The notes below the pieces were generated by a model. The model made no database searches, had not been told where the DNA came from, and saw nothing but the letters and a program-made list of their open reading frames with translations. From the NCBI GenBank assembly GCA_963727895.1, contig CAVSHT010000003.1, positions 224,001-288,000 of the forward strand: a DNA stretch of 64,000 nucleotides, in the 5' to 3' direction. Below, piece by piece: positions 11,356 to 21,641 of this stretch. Each line of letters begins with the position of its first letter. Position 1 is the first letter of the stretch. Position numbers and translations under genes: made by a program. Source of the DNA: an uncultured Methanosarcinaceae archaeon. GTDB taxonomy: Archaea; Halobacteriota; Methanosarcinia; Methanosarcinales; Methanosarcinaceae.

Positions 11356-12018
11356 GTGTTAAAGGCACTAATTTTCGACATGGATGGCGTTCTTGTGGAC
11401 TCCATGCCTTTCCACGCAGCAGCCTGGAAAAAAGCTTTTCTTGACATGGATATGGAAATTCAGGACAGAGATATTTATGCAATTGAAGGATCAAATCCTA
11501 CGAACGGTATTAACTTGCTTCTCAGAAAAGCCAAAAAAGAACCAGAAGCGTATAATTTTGAAGTTATTACTTCAATTTACAGGCGGGAATTTAAACGAAT
11601 TTTTGAGCTTAAAGCTTTTGAAGGGATGAAGGAATGTCTTGAAACCCTCAAAACACGTTTCATGCTCTCTGTAGTCTCGGGCTCTGATTCTCTCATTGTT
11701 CACGGTATAATTGACCAACTTTTCCCAAATCTATTCGATGTTGTGATTACAGGAAATGATGTTAAGAATTCAAAACCACATCCAGATCCTTTTCTTAAAG
11801 CCGTCGAAATCTTGAATGTGCAACGTGATGAGTGCATAGTAATAGAAAACGCCACTTTGGGCGTCGAAGCTGCAAAAAAAGCTGAAATCTACTGCATAGG
11901 GGTTCCCACGTATGTAGAACCTTCAAATCTTGACATGGCTGATTTTGTCGTCGAAAACCACCATTTGCTAATGCAATATCTTTTAAGTCTTGAACCTGCT
12001 AACGGATTCAAAGTTTGA
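11356..12018 (+). CDS. HAD-family hydrolase (beta-PGM/CbbY-like)
   Basis: FDMDGVLVDS motif I, SKPHPDPF motif III, IENATLGVEAA motif IV. Confidence 0.92.
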   Translation: MLKALIFDMDGVLVDSMPFHAAAWKKAFLDMDMEIQDRDIYAIEGSNPTNGINLLLRKAKKEPEAYNFEVITSIYRREFKRIFELKAFEGMKECLETLKTRFMLSVVSGSDSLIVHGIIDQLFPNLFDVVITGNDVKNSKPHPDPFLKAVEILNVQRDECIVIENATLGVEAAKKAEIYCIGVPTYVEPSNLDMADFVVENHHLLMQYLLSLEPANGFKV

Positions 12019-12061
12019 AAAAATTAATTATTTTCCTCACAAAAAATTGTGGCCCAGAGGG

Positions 12062-13975
12062 TCACAACAATCTTATAGTCTCAAGGTTTGTTAAAGCCCG
12101 GGTCTCAATCTTTAGTTTTTTGTAAATCGAACTTGCCATGTCAACGCAGGCTTTTTCATCTCCATGCTCTGTAAATACTCTTTCCGGACGAGGCTGCATC
12201 CTCTTTATGTAATCCATAAGCTGCCTCCTATCGGAGTGTCCTGAGAAGCCATCAACTACCTGGACTTCCATATTCATCTTCAGGATTTCGGTGCTCCCAC
12301 CTTTTCCTGTTATCGGAATTTCTTTCCATCCTTTCTGGATTCTACGTCCGATTGTTCCATCCGCCTGGTACCCTACAAACACTAGAGAATTACGCGGCTC
12401 TTCAGCAAAAGCTCTGAAATACTCCATAACCGGCCCTCCATTCATCATTCCTGAAGTTGAAAGAATAACACATGGGTGAGGGTTCTGAATTATCTTCTGA
12501 CGTGTGTCGTGGGAATCAACTGGTTTAAAGCATTCAGACAAGAAAGGATTTTGTCCTTTCTGGAAGATCAGTTTTCTCAGATCATTGTTCAAGTATTCTG
12601 GATGTGTAGCATGAATTGCCGTCGCTTCCCATATCATTCCGTCCAGATAGACCGGAACTTCAGGAATAATTCCTTTTCTTATAGACTCTTCAAGTACTAT
12701 CATGACTTCCTGGCTTCGACCTACTGCAAAAGTCGGAATGAGACAAATTCCTCCCCTTTCAACAGTACTCTTAACTACCATTTGCAGGTGCCTTTCTGCA
12801 TCTTTAAGTGGAGGTTGGAAAGCATTGGAATTGCCATACGTAGCCTCACTAATGACAGTTTCGACTCTCGGAAACTTATTAACGGCAGGATCAAAAAGCC
12901 TTGTTTTCTCATATTTGTAATCTCCAGTAAAGACTACATTATGAAGTCCGTCTCCAATATGAAAATGGGATATAGCTGATCCAAGAATATGGCCTGCATT
13001 ATGGAAAGTTAATTTTATATCCGGAGCAATATCCGTTACTTCCTCATAATCCAGAGAAATCGTGTGTTTAAGGGTCTTTGCTACCATGCCTGACTCATAG
13101 GGAATCTTCTTCCCTTCTTTTGCTGCTACGTCGATGTAGTCGAGCTGGAGCAGCACCATCAGATCCTTTGTAGGAGGCGTGCAATAGATAGGTCCTTCAT
13201 ATCCATATTTGAAAAGTAAAGGAACAAGCCCCTGATGATCTAGGTGGGCATGAGTAACTACCACAGCATCAATCTGGTTTAAGGGAAAAACTTCAGGAAC
13301 ATATAGGTACGGAGTCATATTTTCATCCGATCCTACATTGACGCCGCAGTCAATCATGATTCTGGATTCGGGAGTTGAGAGCAGGAAACAACTTCGTCCC
13401 ACTTCTCTGCATCCTCCAAGTGATGTTACCCTTACCCATTGATCTTTTGAGGTACATTCTTTGTGAATTTTCCTCCCCACTGATTTAAGGATCTCCTTTC
13501 TTTCCTTAAGGTTATTTCTCATAAATTCTCTGATATTTTTCACTGTACGAGACTTGATAGGGGGAGTCCTTACAACTTTTGGAATCCAGCCAATCTGTTT
13601 TGTGATCTCTCGTAGAGTAGCTCCATGCTTTCCTATCACAAGACCCGGTTTTTCAGCTTCAATAATCACTTCACCGGAATCTGGATCAAAATAATAGCTT
13701 GATATTACGGATTCTTTTGGAACAACTTCTTCAATTATAGAAATAGAGTCTTCAGCGGTTGCAAGTACCCTTGGATCAGGGCGCATGGCAATCCGTGTCC
13801 TGAGTTCTTTTGCAAGGTTGCGAATTATATTCCCATCGTCAGCGAATTTGCGGGGCTCCTCAGTATACAGTACAAGCTGAGGGCCTTCAAACTCTACGTC
13901 GGTAATTGTCACTCCCGCAGGTAGGTTTTTCTCAATTTTATGTTTGAGGTCTAATAACACGTCTTCAATAGGCAT
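12062..13975 (-). CDS. fttA: KH-domain beta-CASP ribonuclease aCPSF1 (archaeal transcription termination factor FttA)
   Basis: Two N-terminal KH domains (KPGLVIGKHG), THAHLDH metallo-beta-lactamase motif, AGHILGS, FSGHSD, HGD; downstream of psmB. Confidence 0.95.
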   Translation of the reverse strand: MPIEDVLLDLKHKIEKNLPAGVTITDVEFEGPQLVLYTEEPRKFADDGNIIRNLAKELRTRIAMRPDPRVLATAEDSISIIEEVVPKESVISSYYFDPDSGEVIIEAEKPGLVIGKHGATLREITKQIGWIPKVVRTPPIKSRTVKNIREFMRNNLKERKEILKSVGRKIHKECTSKDQWVRVTSLGGCREVGRSCFLLSTPESRIMIDCGVNVGSDENMTPYLYVPEVFPLNQIDAVVVTHAHLDHQGLVPLLFKYGYEGPIYCTPPTKDLMVLLQLDYIDVAAKEGKKIPYESGMVAKTLKHTISLDYEEVTDIAPDIKLTFHNAGHILGSAISHFHIGDGLHNVVFTGDYKYEKTRLFDPAVNKFPRVETVISEATYGNSNAFQPPLKDAERHLQMVVKSTVERGGICLIPTFAVGRSQEVMIVLEESIRKGIIPEVPVYLDGMIWEATAIHATHPEYLNNDLRKLIFQKGQNPFLSECFKPVDSHDTRQKIIQNPHPCVILSTSGMMNGGPVMEYFRAFAEEPRNSLVFVGYQADGTIGRRIQKGWKEIPITGKGGSTEILKMNMEVQVVDGFSGHSDRRQLMDYIKRMQPRPERVFTEHGDEKACVDMASSIYKKLKIETRALTNLETIRLL

Positions 13976-14069
13976 CAAAAATCTTCCTTATCAAAAATCT
14001 TCCTTATCAAAAATCTTCCTTCTCAAAAATCTTCCTTATCAAAAATCTTCCTTCTCAAAAATCTTCCTT
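13974..14069. repeat. Six tandem copies of a 16-bp unit (A/C)TCAAAAATCTTCCTT
   Basis: Units start at 13974, 13990, 14006, 14022, 14038 and 14054; the coding (minus) strand reads AAGGAAGATTTTTGA(T/G). Confidence 0.97.
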
Positions 14070-14165
14070 TTTCTCAAAAAATGAAAAAGTATATAGATAT
14101 TAGAAAAACGATAGGTTGAAAAAGATTTTAGTTTAGTATTAAAATAAAAAAACTAATAGTTTGAA

Positions 14166-14807
14166 TTATTTAATTAATTGAGCCCTGATGGATTTTACTT
14201 CTTCGGGGTCCAACCTCCTAAACTCATCCTTAGTAATTACCACTACATCGATGTTCTCACCAGAAGCCGAGTCTCTTTTAGTAGCAGTGTGGATTGCTCG
14301 AATAGCCAGATCAAGGCCTTCCTTTACAGTCATATTTTCTCTATACTGGTCTTCAAGAACTCCATATGCCATAGGTGAACCTGAACCTGTAGCTGAGATC
14401 CTTGTTTCTTCAATGCTTCCACCAAGAGCATCCAATGAATATATACCAGGCCCATTTTTGTCGACTCCTCCTATAAGGAGCTGAACCATCATGGGATAGT
14501 AGCGGTTGGCATTTAAGAAGTTTGACATTAGTGTTGCAATACCTTTTATTGTCATAGATTCATTTCTGCGCATCTTGTAGAGTTGTGACTCTACATTTAC
14601 GAGCCGTACAAGCTGCTGGGCATCCCCTACCGAACCTGCAGTGGTCATTGCTACAAGGTCGTCTACCTGGTAAACCTTTTTTGCAGTTTTACTTGCGATG
14701 AAATTCCCCATTGTGGCTCTCTGTTCACTTGCGAGCACGATACCATCGGTACAAACTACTCCTACGGTAGTTGTGCCCTTTAGATATTTGTCATTATCCA
14801 TAAACAT
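14166..14807 (-). CDS. psmB: Proteasome subunit beta
   Basis: Propeptide cleavage [28 protein letters not shown]. Confidence 0.97.
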   Translation of the reverse strand: MFMDNDKYLKGTTTVGVVCTDGIVLASEQRATMGNFIASKTAKKVYQVDDLVAMTTAGSVGDAQQLVRLVNVESQLYKMRRNESMTIKGIATLMSNFLNANRYYPMMVQLLIGGVDKNGPGIYSLDALGGSIEETRISATGSGSPMAYGVLEDQYRENMTVKEGLDLAIRAIHTATKRDSASGENIDVVVITKDEFRRLDPEEVKSIRAQLIK

Positions 14808-15061
14808 ACCCTCATGATAAGTTAAAAATGAGAAAATGTCGCTAAAAAAACTGTTTTAGTGAGGTGAATATTTTTAACTTAAATAGCAGGATTTAGCAAT
14901 TCATAATCTCAATGTTTATATCGCTATATATAAGTTTTCCTTCTCCTTCTCATTGAGCGCGTCTAAATTTAAATTTGGAGAAAGATTTGACAATTTTTGT
15001 TTCTCTTGTCTTTGTCTTACACAGAATATTTAAATTTCTGTTTTCCTAGTAATTCTAAAAT

Positions 15062-15574
15062 TTAACTGAAAAGTTCTTCTATCTCTTCAGCAAGTTTATT
15101 TACCCTTTGAATCACATTTTCTGGTATTTCTTGCTTACGCATAAGTGAAATTCTCTCAGCTATAGTTATTCTATTCTTTCCCTTTATAAGGTTATCAGCG
15201 TGGGCAACGATTTTTTCCTCTAGGCTTCGGGGAAAATAATCATCCTCAGGAAGCCCGAATTTCTTAGCTTCGTCTTTTGAAATTCCTGCTCCTATATGTC
15301 TTTTTATTATTTCTGAAATTTCTGGATCTATTCCCTTATTTCTAGCTATCCTGTATCCTTCTACCGCATGATCTATTTTATGAGTTTTACATCTCCCTAA
15401 ATCATGAAGAAGAGCTCCTACTTCTACCAGTTCCAAATTTACATTATGTCCAGTTGCTTTCGCTTTATTTGCAATCTCAACCGCAACAGATGAAACTTCA
15501 GTACAATGTTCTATTACATTGGAAGCACATCCAGTTTTCTCAAGCAGCTCTATTGCTTCAACTCTGGTAATCAA
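15062..15574 (-). CDS. HD-domain metal-dependent phosphohydrolase
   Basis: EHC ... LLHDLGR ... HIGAG ... EEKIVAHADNL. Confidence 0.9.
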   Translation of the reverse strand: MITRVEAIELLEKTGCASNVIEHCTEVSSVAVEIANKAKATGHNVNLELVEVGALLHDLGRCKTHKIDHAVEGYRIARNKGIDPEISEIIKRHIGAGISKDEAKKFGLPEDDYFPRSLEEKIVAHADNLIKGKNRITIAERISLMRKQEIPENVIQRVNKLAEEIEELFS

Positions 15575-15584
15575 GGTAAATCAC

Positions 15585-16088
15585 TTATGCTGAACTAAGA
15601 GCATCTACACGTTTTTTCAGAACATCAACAATATGAGAATTATCGTAGAAGACCAGGTCTTCTCCACACATTGGGCATAAAAATTCGGTTTCCGTGGCTT
15701 CATCAAACAAAAGACGAACGCAGCCCTGAGGGCACGTATAGAAAACATTGTTTTCTTCGAATTCAAGGCGAGTCTTCAGGTTACGGAGCAATTTTTTCTT
15801 TTCCCTCATAAGCTGGTGCTCTATATCCGAAAAATCCAGACGCCAGAGATATGTTAGCCACCCACTATTTGAATCCCTCTCTCTGCGGCAAATTGCAAAT
15901 TTATTCTCATACAATATAAAAAGAGTTCTTCTTACAGTGTTCAGCAGAACCCCACTCTTTTCTGAAACTTCTTCATCCGTAACCTCGCCTTCTGGCATTT
16001 TTTCTATCATTTTAAGCCCATCTTCCCCTATAAGGCTCAAAAGATACCCTCTAATTACCTTATCATCTAAATCAACCAAATTATTCAC
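15585..16088 (-). CDS. tfe: Transcription factor E
   Basis: Winged-helix N-terminus (VRRTL ... SGWLTYLW) and Zn ribbon CPQGC ... CPMCG. Confidence 0.95.
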   Translation of the reverse strand: MNNLVDLDDKVIRGYLLSLIGEDGLKMIEKMPEGEVTDEEVSEKSGVLLNTVRRTLFILYENKFAICRRERDSNSGWLTYLWRLDFSDIEHQLMREKKKLLRNLKTRLEFEENNVFYTCPQGCVRLLFDEATETEFLCPMCGEDLVFYDNSHIVDVLKKRVDALSSA

Positions 16089-16234
16089 CTCAAATCCCTA
16101 TATCAATTGAATATATCAGTATTAAAGTTTATATTCCCTTATCCTTCCAGAAACTTTTCTAGCTCTATTAGAACTGAATTCTCTTTAATCCTGGATTGTA
16201 CATCTTCTACAAATCTCAGGTATTTTTCCTTCTT

Positions 16235-17389
16235 TTAGTTTTCAATAAAAGTCCTTATCTTATTTGCTCCTCTCTTAAGCGACATAACTGCTTCTTCTCT
16301 TGTAGAGGTGCAGGCAAACAAGGAAGTAAGAGGACCATCAGTCTCTACAGCAGTTCCCTGTAATGGAATATCAGCGCCTTTTTCTCTTAGAATGAGATCC
16401 ATGAGCTTTTTGTCTATAAAAAGTTCTCGATCCGAGTATATTACTCCTCTTGAAGCAAAGCATTTAGCTTTTGGCTTATCAGGAAGTTCTCCCTTAAAGC
16501 AGCCGGCATGAGCCTCGAAAAGGTTGATGTTCATCGCTCTTTCTACAGTATCTAGACTTCCTTGAAACCTTGGGTTTATTTCAAGTACTACAGGTCCTTT
16601 TTTTGAAACTAGAAAATCCACTCCATTTGATCCCAGGAGCTTGAACTCGAGCATCAGTTCTTCAGCAAGGGCTTCCATTTCCTCAGCTTTATCAGTCTTA
16701 AAAGGAGTTATATTGCCGCAATATGCAAAGGGCAATCGTGAAAGCCAGGGTATTCCTATAAGCTGTTCATTCACAGCTACTGACAGAGCTTCATTCTTTG
16801 TAGAAAGCAAGGAAACACTCGAAGGAACTCCTTCAATAAATTCTTGAATAATACGTGTTTTTTCTGAGAGTTCAGGGTTTAGGTTGTAAAATTCTTCTAT
16901 GATAGATAAAAGCTCCTGTTTATTCCTGGCAACTCTGTTAAATATTCCTCCTCCACCTGAAACTGGCTTAATCATAACCGGATATTCTATTGCATCTAAT
17001 TCTTCTGAAGAATAACAGTGTGGGTGAGGGATTCCTAATGCTTCTAACCTTTTTGAAAGATACAGTTTGTCTGAGGCTTTCTGCATAGCGTCCGGACTGC
17101 TGGCGAGTACAGGACATGAAAAATCATTATGGTTAAGTGTTTCCAATCCCGAGCCTAGAATAAGAGCATCAAACTCTAGTCCAAATTCAGTCATCTGAGC
17201 CTTTATTCGAGAAGTTTCAAGCTGATGCAGTTCCTTTACGGTTCTGCATTCCAGAAATTTCGATGAGTATGCACATTTCTGCAGGTCTAAATCGCAGAAA
17301 GCATCTATAGAACAGACCTTATAACCAGCCCGGTTTGCAGAGCAGACAACATTCCGGGTATTAAATCCAATTACAAGAATATTCTGCAT
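16235..17389 (-). CDS. ATP-grasp domain protein
   Basis: YPVMIKPVSGGGG, IQEFIEG, GVDF, LEINPRFQGS. Confidence 0.88.
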   Translation of the reverse strand: MQNILVIGFNTRNVVCSANRAGYKVCSIDAFCDLDLQKCAYSSKFLECRTVKELHQLETSRIKAQMTEFGLEFDALILGSGLETLNHNDFSCPVLASSPDAMQKASDKLYLSKRLEALGIPHPHCYSSEELDAIEYPVMIKPVSGGGGIFNRVARNKQELLSIIEEFYNLNPELSEKTRIIQEFIEGVPSSVSLLSTKNEALSVAVNEQLIGIPWLSRLPFAYCGNITPFKTDKAEEMEALAEELMLEFKLLGSNGVDFLVSKKGPVVLEINPRFQGSLDTVERAMNINLFEAHAGCFKGELPDKPKAKCFASRGVIYSDRELFIDKKLMDLILREKGADIPLQGTAVETDGPLTSLFACTSTREEAVMSLKRGANKIRTFIEN

Positions 17390-17409
17390 ATTTCCTCTTT
17401 CTTAATCTT

Positions 17410-18474
17410 TCATTTTGCCTGTGGAATATCGGATTGTGACAGCGCAAAGATTCCGTATGGAGTTTTCAGGACAGAAATTTCGCTTCCTGCTTCTGCATTG
17501 AACAACATTGGCTTCTTTATGGCAACAGTCTCATAAGTTTCAGGGTCAAGAACCAGAATTGCATTTTCTTCTATTGAAACCAGTACTGTTAATACCGCGT
17601 CTTCCATATTACTTATTTTCTCTGCACCTTTTAATTCCTCAGGGGTTGAGAGAAATCTTGAGCCATCTTCAAGGGAAATTCCATTAACCTTTTTTCCTGA
17701 GCTCTTGATCTGGATAATCTTTCCTCTGAACATGATTACGTCTTTTGGCCTGAATTCGGGAAGACGCAAAGAAAATGTAACTCTATATAGATTTTTTCCC
17801 TCTTTCATTCCAACAAGCGTAGGAGATTCGGAAAAGCTGCCCCCAAGTTCTGATGTGATTAACCTGCAGACTTGCCTGCTGGCATTCATGGAACCCATGT
17901 AGAGGTCTACTCCTTCCTTTTGATTAATTACTTCGCTTATGAAAGCAAGCCGATCACCCTTTTTTCTCATACTTTCCATGGATTCCCTGACAATAATCGT
18001 ACAACGCTTTTTTTCTTCTTCAGTAGGAAATCTGCCTGCTGCCCGGACCTGGATTATTGCTTCAAAGTATCCCCCAGACTCTCTGCTACACATATCACAA
18101 GCTGTCCGCTGAATCCTTACTTCGGTCTCAGCTTCTGCGTGTACCGGCTCTTCCCTTACAATTGCATCAACTTCGGCTCTCACCATATATATATAGGGCG
18201 TAATCTCTCTGGGTTCTATATATACTTCCACGTCCCCGGCTTCGTTGTGGATAAAAAGTTCATTTTCAACGGCTTTTAGCACGACATCTTCGATATTACC
18301 TACATCTTCCCATCGGCTTCTATGGAAGTGTGCTCCGCAAGCTGAACATATCCTTACATGAAGTACATGAGGCAATTCAATCAGTTTGAAAGTCTCAAAA
18401 AAGCAGTCCTTGCAAACTGAGTCAAAGAGCCTGTAACATTCTCTGCCGCATTTAGGGCATGTGACGGAATTCAT
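17410..18474 (-). CDS. nmd3: NMD3-family ribosome biogenesis protein
   Basis: Four CxxC pairs, GGYFEAIIQVR, C-terminal OB-like region. Confidence 0.9.
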   Translation of the reverse strand: MNSVTCPKCGRECYRLFDSVCKDCFFETFKLIELPHVLHVRICSACGAHFHRSRWEDVGNIEDVVLKAVENELFIHNEAGDVEVYIEPREITPYIYMVRAEVDAIVREEPVHAEAETEVRIQRTACDMCSRESGGYFEAIIQVRAAGRFPTEEEKKRCTIIVRESMESMRKKGDRLAFISEVINQKEGVDLYMGSMNASRQVCRLITSELGGSFSESPTLVGMKEGKNLYRVTFSLRLPEFRPKDVIMFRGKIIQIKSSGKKVNGISLEDGSRFLSTPEELKGAEKISNMEDAVLTVLVSIEENAILVLDPETYETVAIKKPMLFNAEAGSEISVLKTPYGIFALSQSDIPQAK

Positions 18475-19026
18475 CTGTAATCCTTTATAGTCTTCTTAGA
18501 ATAGTGATATTCTTAAATAATAGTATTCTTGAATAGTAGTCTGATGGTACTTTTTTAAATTCACAGAATTAATAATTTCTGCAATATAAATTTCATAATT
18601 CACTTGTTAAACCTACTCATGCTATTTAAAAATAGCTGGATTTGCGAATTTACTTTTGAATAGTCAGACCCACTCAATTTTTGGTATTTAATCCATCATA
18701 AAATATAATATTTCATATGTGAATCAGTTATATGTAACTTCTAATGTATATATTAGATGTTTGTCAGGTCAGTAATTATCTCATTTCCTTAATTAATCTA
18801 TTTTATCTTTTTATGAATCATATTTTTCGCTATGTTATAGCTTCACTATAGAATGTTTCTTTACTAGAAAGCTACGCTTCTTATGTTTTATACACCTTAA
18901 AAGCTTATTGAATTTAAACTCAACAATACTATTGCAATAATTTAAGTATTCCTCTTGCCTATATATTTATTCATGTTTGAATAAAATTGAGAGTAATTTT
19001 CTTAAGCGGATTCAAAATACTAATGG

Positions 19027-20088
19027 ATGAAAATGATGAATAAATTACTCAGTTTTTTCTCTTCCACTCCTTTGGTAGAAACGAAAACAATAATAAAAAT
19101 TTGGTATTGTTACTTAAATATATCTAGTTCTTTCTTTCTGTATTTCATCAATAGAATAACCGAGTACTTAGCATTTCAAGACTCTTCGTATAACACTTTG
19201 TCTTTCTTCTCAACCTTGCCAGAAAGTGCCTCAATATGCCGTTATATCCTTCAACAGTATACGTTTCTGCTTTGGATTGAGTATGGATCTTTTCTGGAAG
19301 AAACTCTGCATATGCTCTCCAGTGATCTGTCATCACTTCTCCAATCTCTTTTTTCTTCAATTTTTCCCAGAGTAGTTTTCCAGTTTCCGTTCCTCTGCTA
19401 CCAAAAGAGCAGTTGATGAACTTTTTCCCAACTCTATCAACAGCAATCCAGATACAGCAATATTTTTTTTGTTACCGATGTAAGTGTGCATCTCATCCAT
19501 TTCAACAATAGATATCTCACTTTCACTTTTTAGGTCCTCTCACTCTTGACCAAATTTCTTTATCCATCTTTGGACAGAAACATGACTTACCCCTAAAAAT
19601 CGTCCTATTAAGCGAAAGCCCAATCCTTCAAGATAGAGTTGTAAAGCCTGTATTTTTACAGAGGCGGAAAAAGCAGTTGATTTTAGCTCTACTGTATAGT
19701 TATAGCCATAATCAGAGCATTTGTAGCGTTGACGCCCACCAACTATACCATTCTTTTTGTGACTGGAAATATTACATTTTGGGCAGTTCATGAAGAAATA
19801 TATGTTATAAGCATATATATCTATTTTTGATTACCAATGCCATAAATTTACCTCTTTATAATTTGGTTGACTATTGCATTAATTGCAATGACTGCCAACA
19901 AAATGGTTTCTTATAACAATGTTAAATATTTCTTTTGGGTAATGCCAATCTTTGTGGCTTTGTTATTCACGTTATTTATCAGAGGGTCGCCATTAGAGTT
20001 ATCAAATAAAGAAAATAAAAAAAGTGTTTTTTTACTTATTTTAAGCTTCATTTGCTTAATAGTAACATTTTTTTGGCAATCATATTAA
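19027..20088 (+). pseudogene. Small (104-aa) membrane protein split by IS1 insertion
   Basis: Joining 19027-19102 to 19850-20088 (removing the IS and one TSD copy) gives an uninterrupted 315-nt hydrophobic ORF. Confidence 0.75.
19103..19841 (-). mobile_element. IS1-family element, copy 1 (defective)
   Basis: Ends GGTATTGTTAC / TTACCAATGCC; insA-like CPKC..C zinc ribbon/HTH with premature TGA at 19540; insB-like DDE; 8-bp TSD AAAAATTT/ATAAATTT. Confidence 0.93.
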
Positions 20089-20231
20089 TGGATACTTAAA
20101 TACAACTCTATCTATCATTTTTCATATGATTGGCCGAAAACACAATATTAAGTTCCATTTTTTGTAATTTAAAAAAAGAAAGTTCCGTGTCTTTTTGACA
20201 CGGATCTATATTTTTCAATTCACATTTGGAT

Positions 20232-21638
20232 TTATTTTGGTGGCCAGTTCTTCTCGACCCAGCCTGGGATACGGCCGGAGTCCATTGGGCCCACCTTGAC
20301 ATTTGCACCAAGCGTATCTTCGAGGTCACCCTGCAGACGGGCTGAGAGACCTGGAATGATAAGGGTGTTGTGGCTTGTGTCCTTCTTGAGGTCGAAGCCA
20401 GCCTTATCAAAGGCGTCCTTTACCTTGGCGGCAGTCAGCTGGCCACCGGCAACAGAAGCTTCCACACCAATACCATCGGTGTCAACTGCAAGCAACCAGC
20501 ATACGATGCCATTTGCTGAGATATCGCTTTCTACCGTGTAGTAGGTAAGAGCAAAGTTGGTTGTGAAGAATACCGGAGAGTCTTTGTCTGGTTCTCCAAC
20601 CTTGTACATACCTCCATCCACGGAGACAGGAGTCCTCGGATCGGTGTAGATGGTCTCTGCTAGGTGCACTTCAGGCAAGGTGGCATATGGTTCCAGACTG
20701 TGGAGGATCATAATGTCGCCGTACCTGATGGTGAAGATTGAGGCCATAACGGTTTCCCAGTAGGAGGCACTTACAGGATCTGCAATTCCTGCCATCCAGG
20801 CAGTGAGCGGGAGAGCCATGATCGGATATGCAATCTCGGTGTCGCCCATAATGCCTGCTCTTCTGATTTTCAGGAAATTAGTGAAGGTGTCCTTCAGTCC
20901 TTTGCCGGTCGGGTAGGTTCCTGGATCAAGCACAATGTCCTTGATACCTGCATCTGCAAAGGTCTTTGCAAGAGTCTTAAGAGCATCCAGGTCATTTAAG
21001 GATGACACTACAACAGGCACATTATATTCAAGAGCAAGTTCTCCGACTTCCTTCCAGTTGTCCTTGTTTGCAGCGTAGAGCAGTGGATTTTTGTCCTTTG
21101 CGACCTCAAGTCCTGCCTTCAGGACTGCGGGGTTGAAGGAACAGAAGATCATAGGCAGGCCGACTTCCGCTACTTTCTTGACTGCAGCAGCGAACTTTGC
21201 CGGGTCGTTGGAAGCGGCTTTGATTGCTACGCCGTCGAGAAGCAGGTTTCGTCCCACATAGAACTTCTTGAAATCAGCGATCTTCTGAACCCTCTCTATA
21301 AGAGCAGCTTCTTCCATGTTGTCTGAAACATCGAAGAACATCTTTGTCTTATTGAAGAAGGTGAGCTTGTGGCGGTACAGGACATCGTCTCCACCGATGT
21401 TTACTGCTCTTTCGCCTACTCCTATAGTAACCTGACGGATCTCAGGGGCAAGGAGCCGATCGAGTTCTGCAAGTTTCTTTGCATACTTCTTCTCCTTTAC
21501 CAGGGGAGGACAGTCTGCTGTCTTCCCGGATCTGTCAATCAGCTTGGAAGCGAAGGCCATACAGGTTGCTTCACCACATTCTCCACAGTTGGTCTGCGGG
21601 AGGTATTTGTAAGCTTCTAATGGACTGTTTATCTTCAT
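20232..21638 (-). CDS. cdhE: Acetyl-CoA decarbonylase/synthase gamma subunit (corrinoid Fe-S large subunit)
   Basis: LPQTNCGECGEATCMAFA 4Fe-4S motif, IYTDPRTP, TTNFALTYY. Confidence 0.97.
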   Translation of the reverse strand: MKINSPLEAYKYLPQTNCGECGEATCMAFASKLIDRSGKTADCPPLVKEKKYAKKLAELDRLLAPEIRQVTIGVGERAVNIGGDDVLYRHKLTFFNKTKMFFDVSDNMEEAALIERVQKIADFKKFYVGRNLLLDGVAIKAASNDPAKFAAAVKKVAEVGLPMIFCSFNPAVLKAGLEVAKDKNPLLYAANKDNWKEVGELALEYNVPVVVSSLNDLDALKTLAKTFADAGIKDIVLDPGTYPTGKGLKDTFTNFLKIRRAGIMGDTEIAYPIMALPLTAWMAGIADPVSASYWETVMASIFTIRYGDIMILHSLEPYATLPEVHLAETIYTDPRTPVSVDGGMYKVGEPDKDSPVFFTTNFALTYYTVESDISANGIVCWLLAVDTDGIGVEASVAGGQLTAAKVKDAFDKAGFDLKKDTSHNTLIIPGLSARLQGDLEDTLGANVKVGPMDSGRIPGWVEKNWPPK

Positions 21639-21641
21639 GTT

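Noticed and set aside
13974..14069. CRISPR array
   Set aside because: 16-bp units are head-to-tail with no spacers, and there are no cas genes in the window
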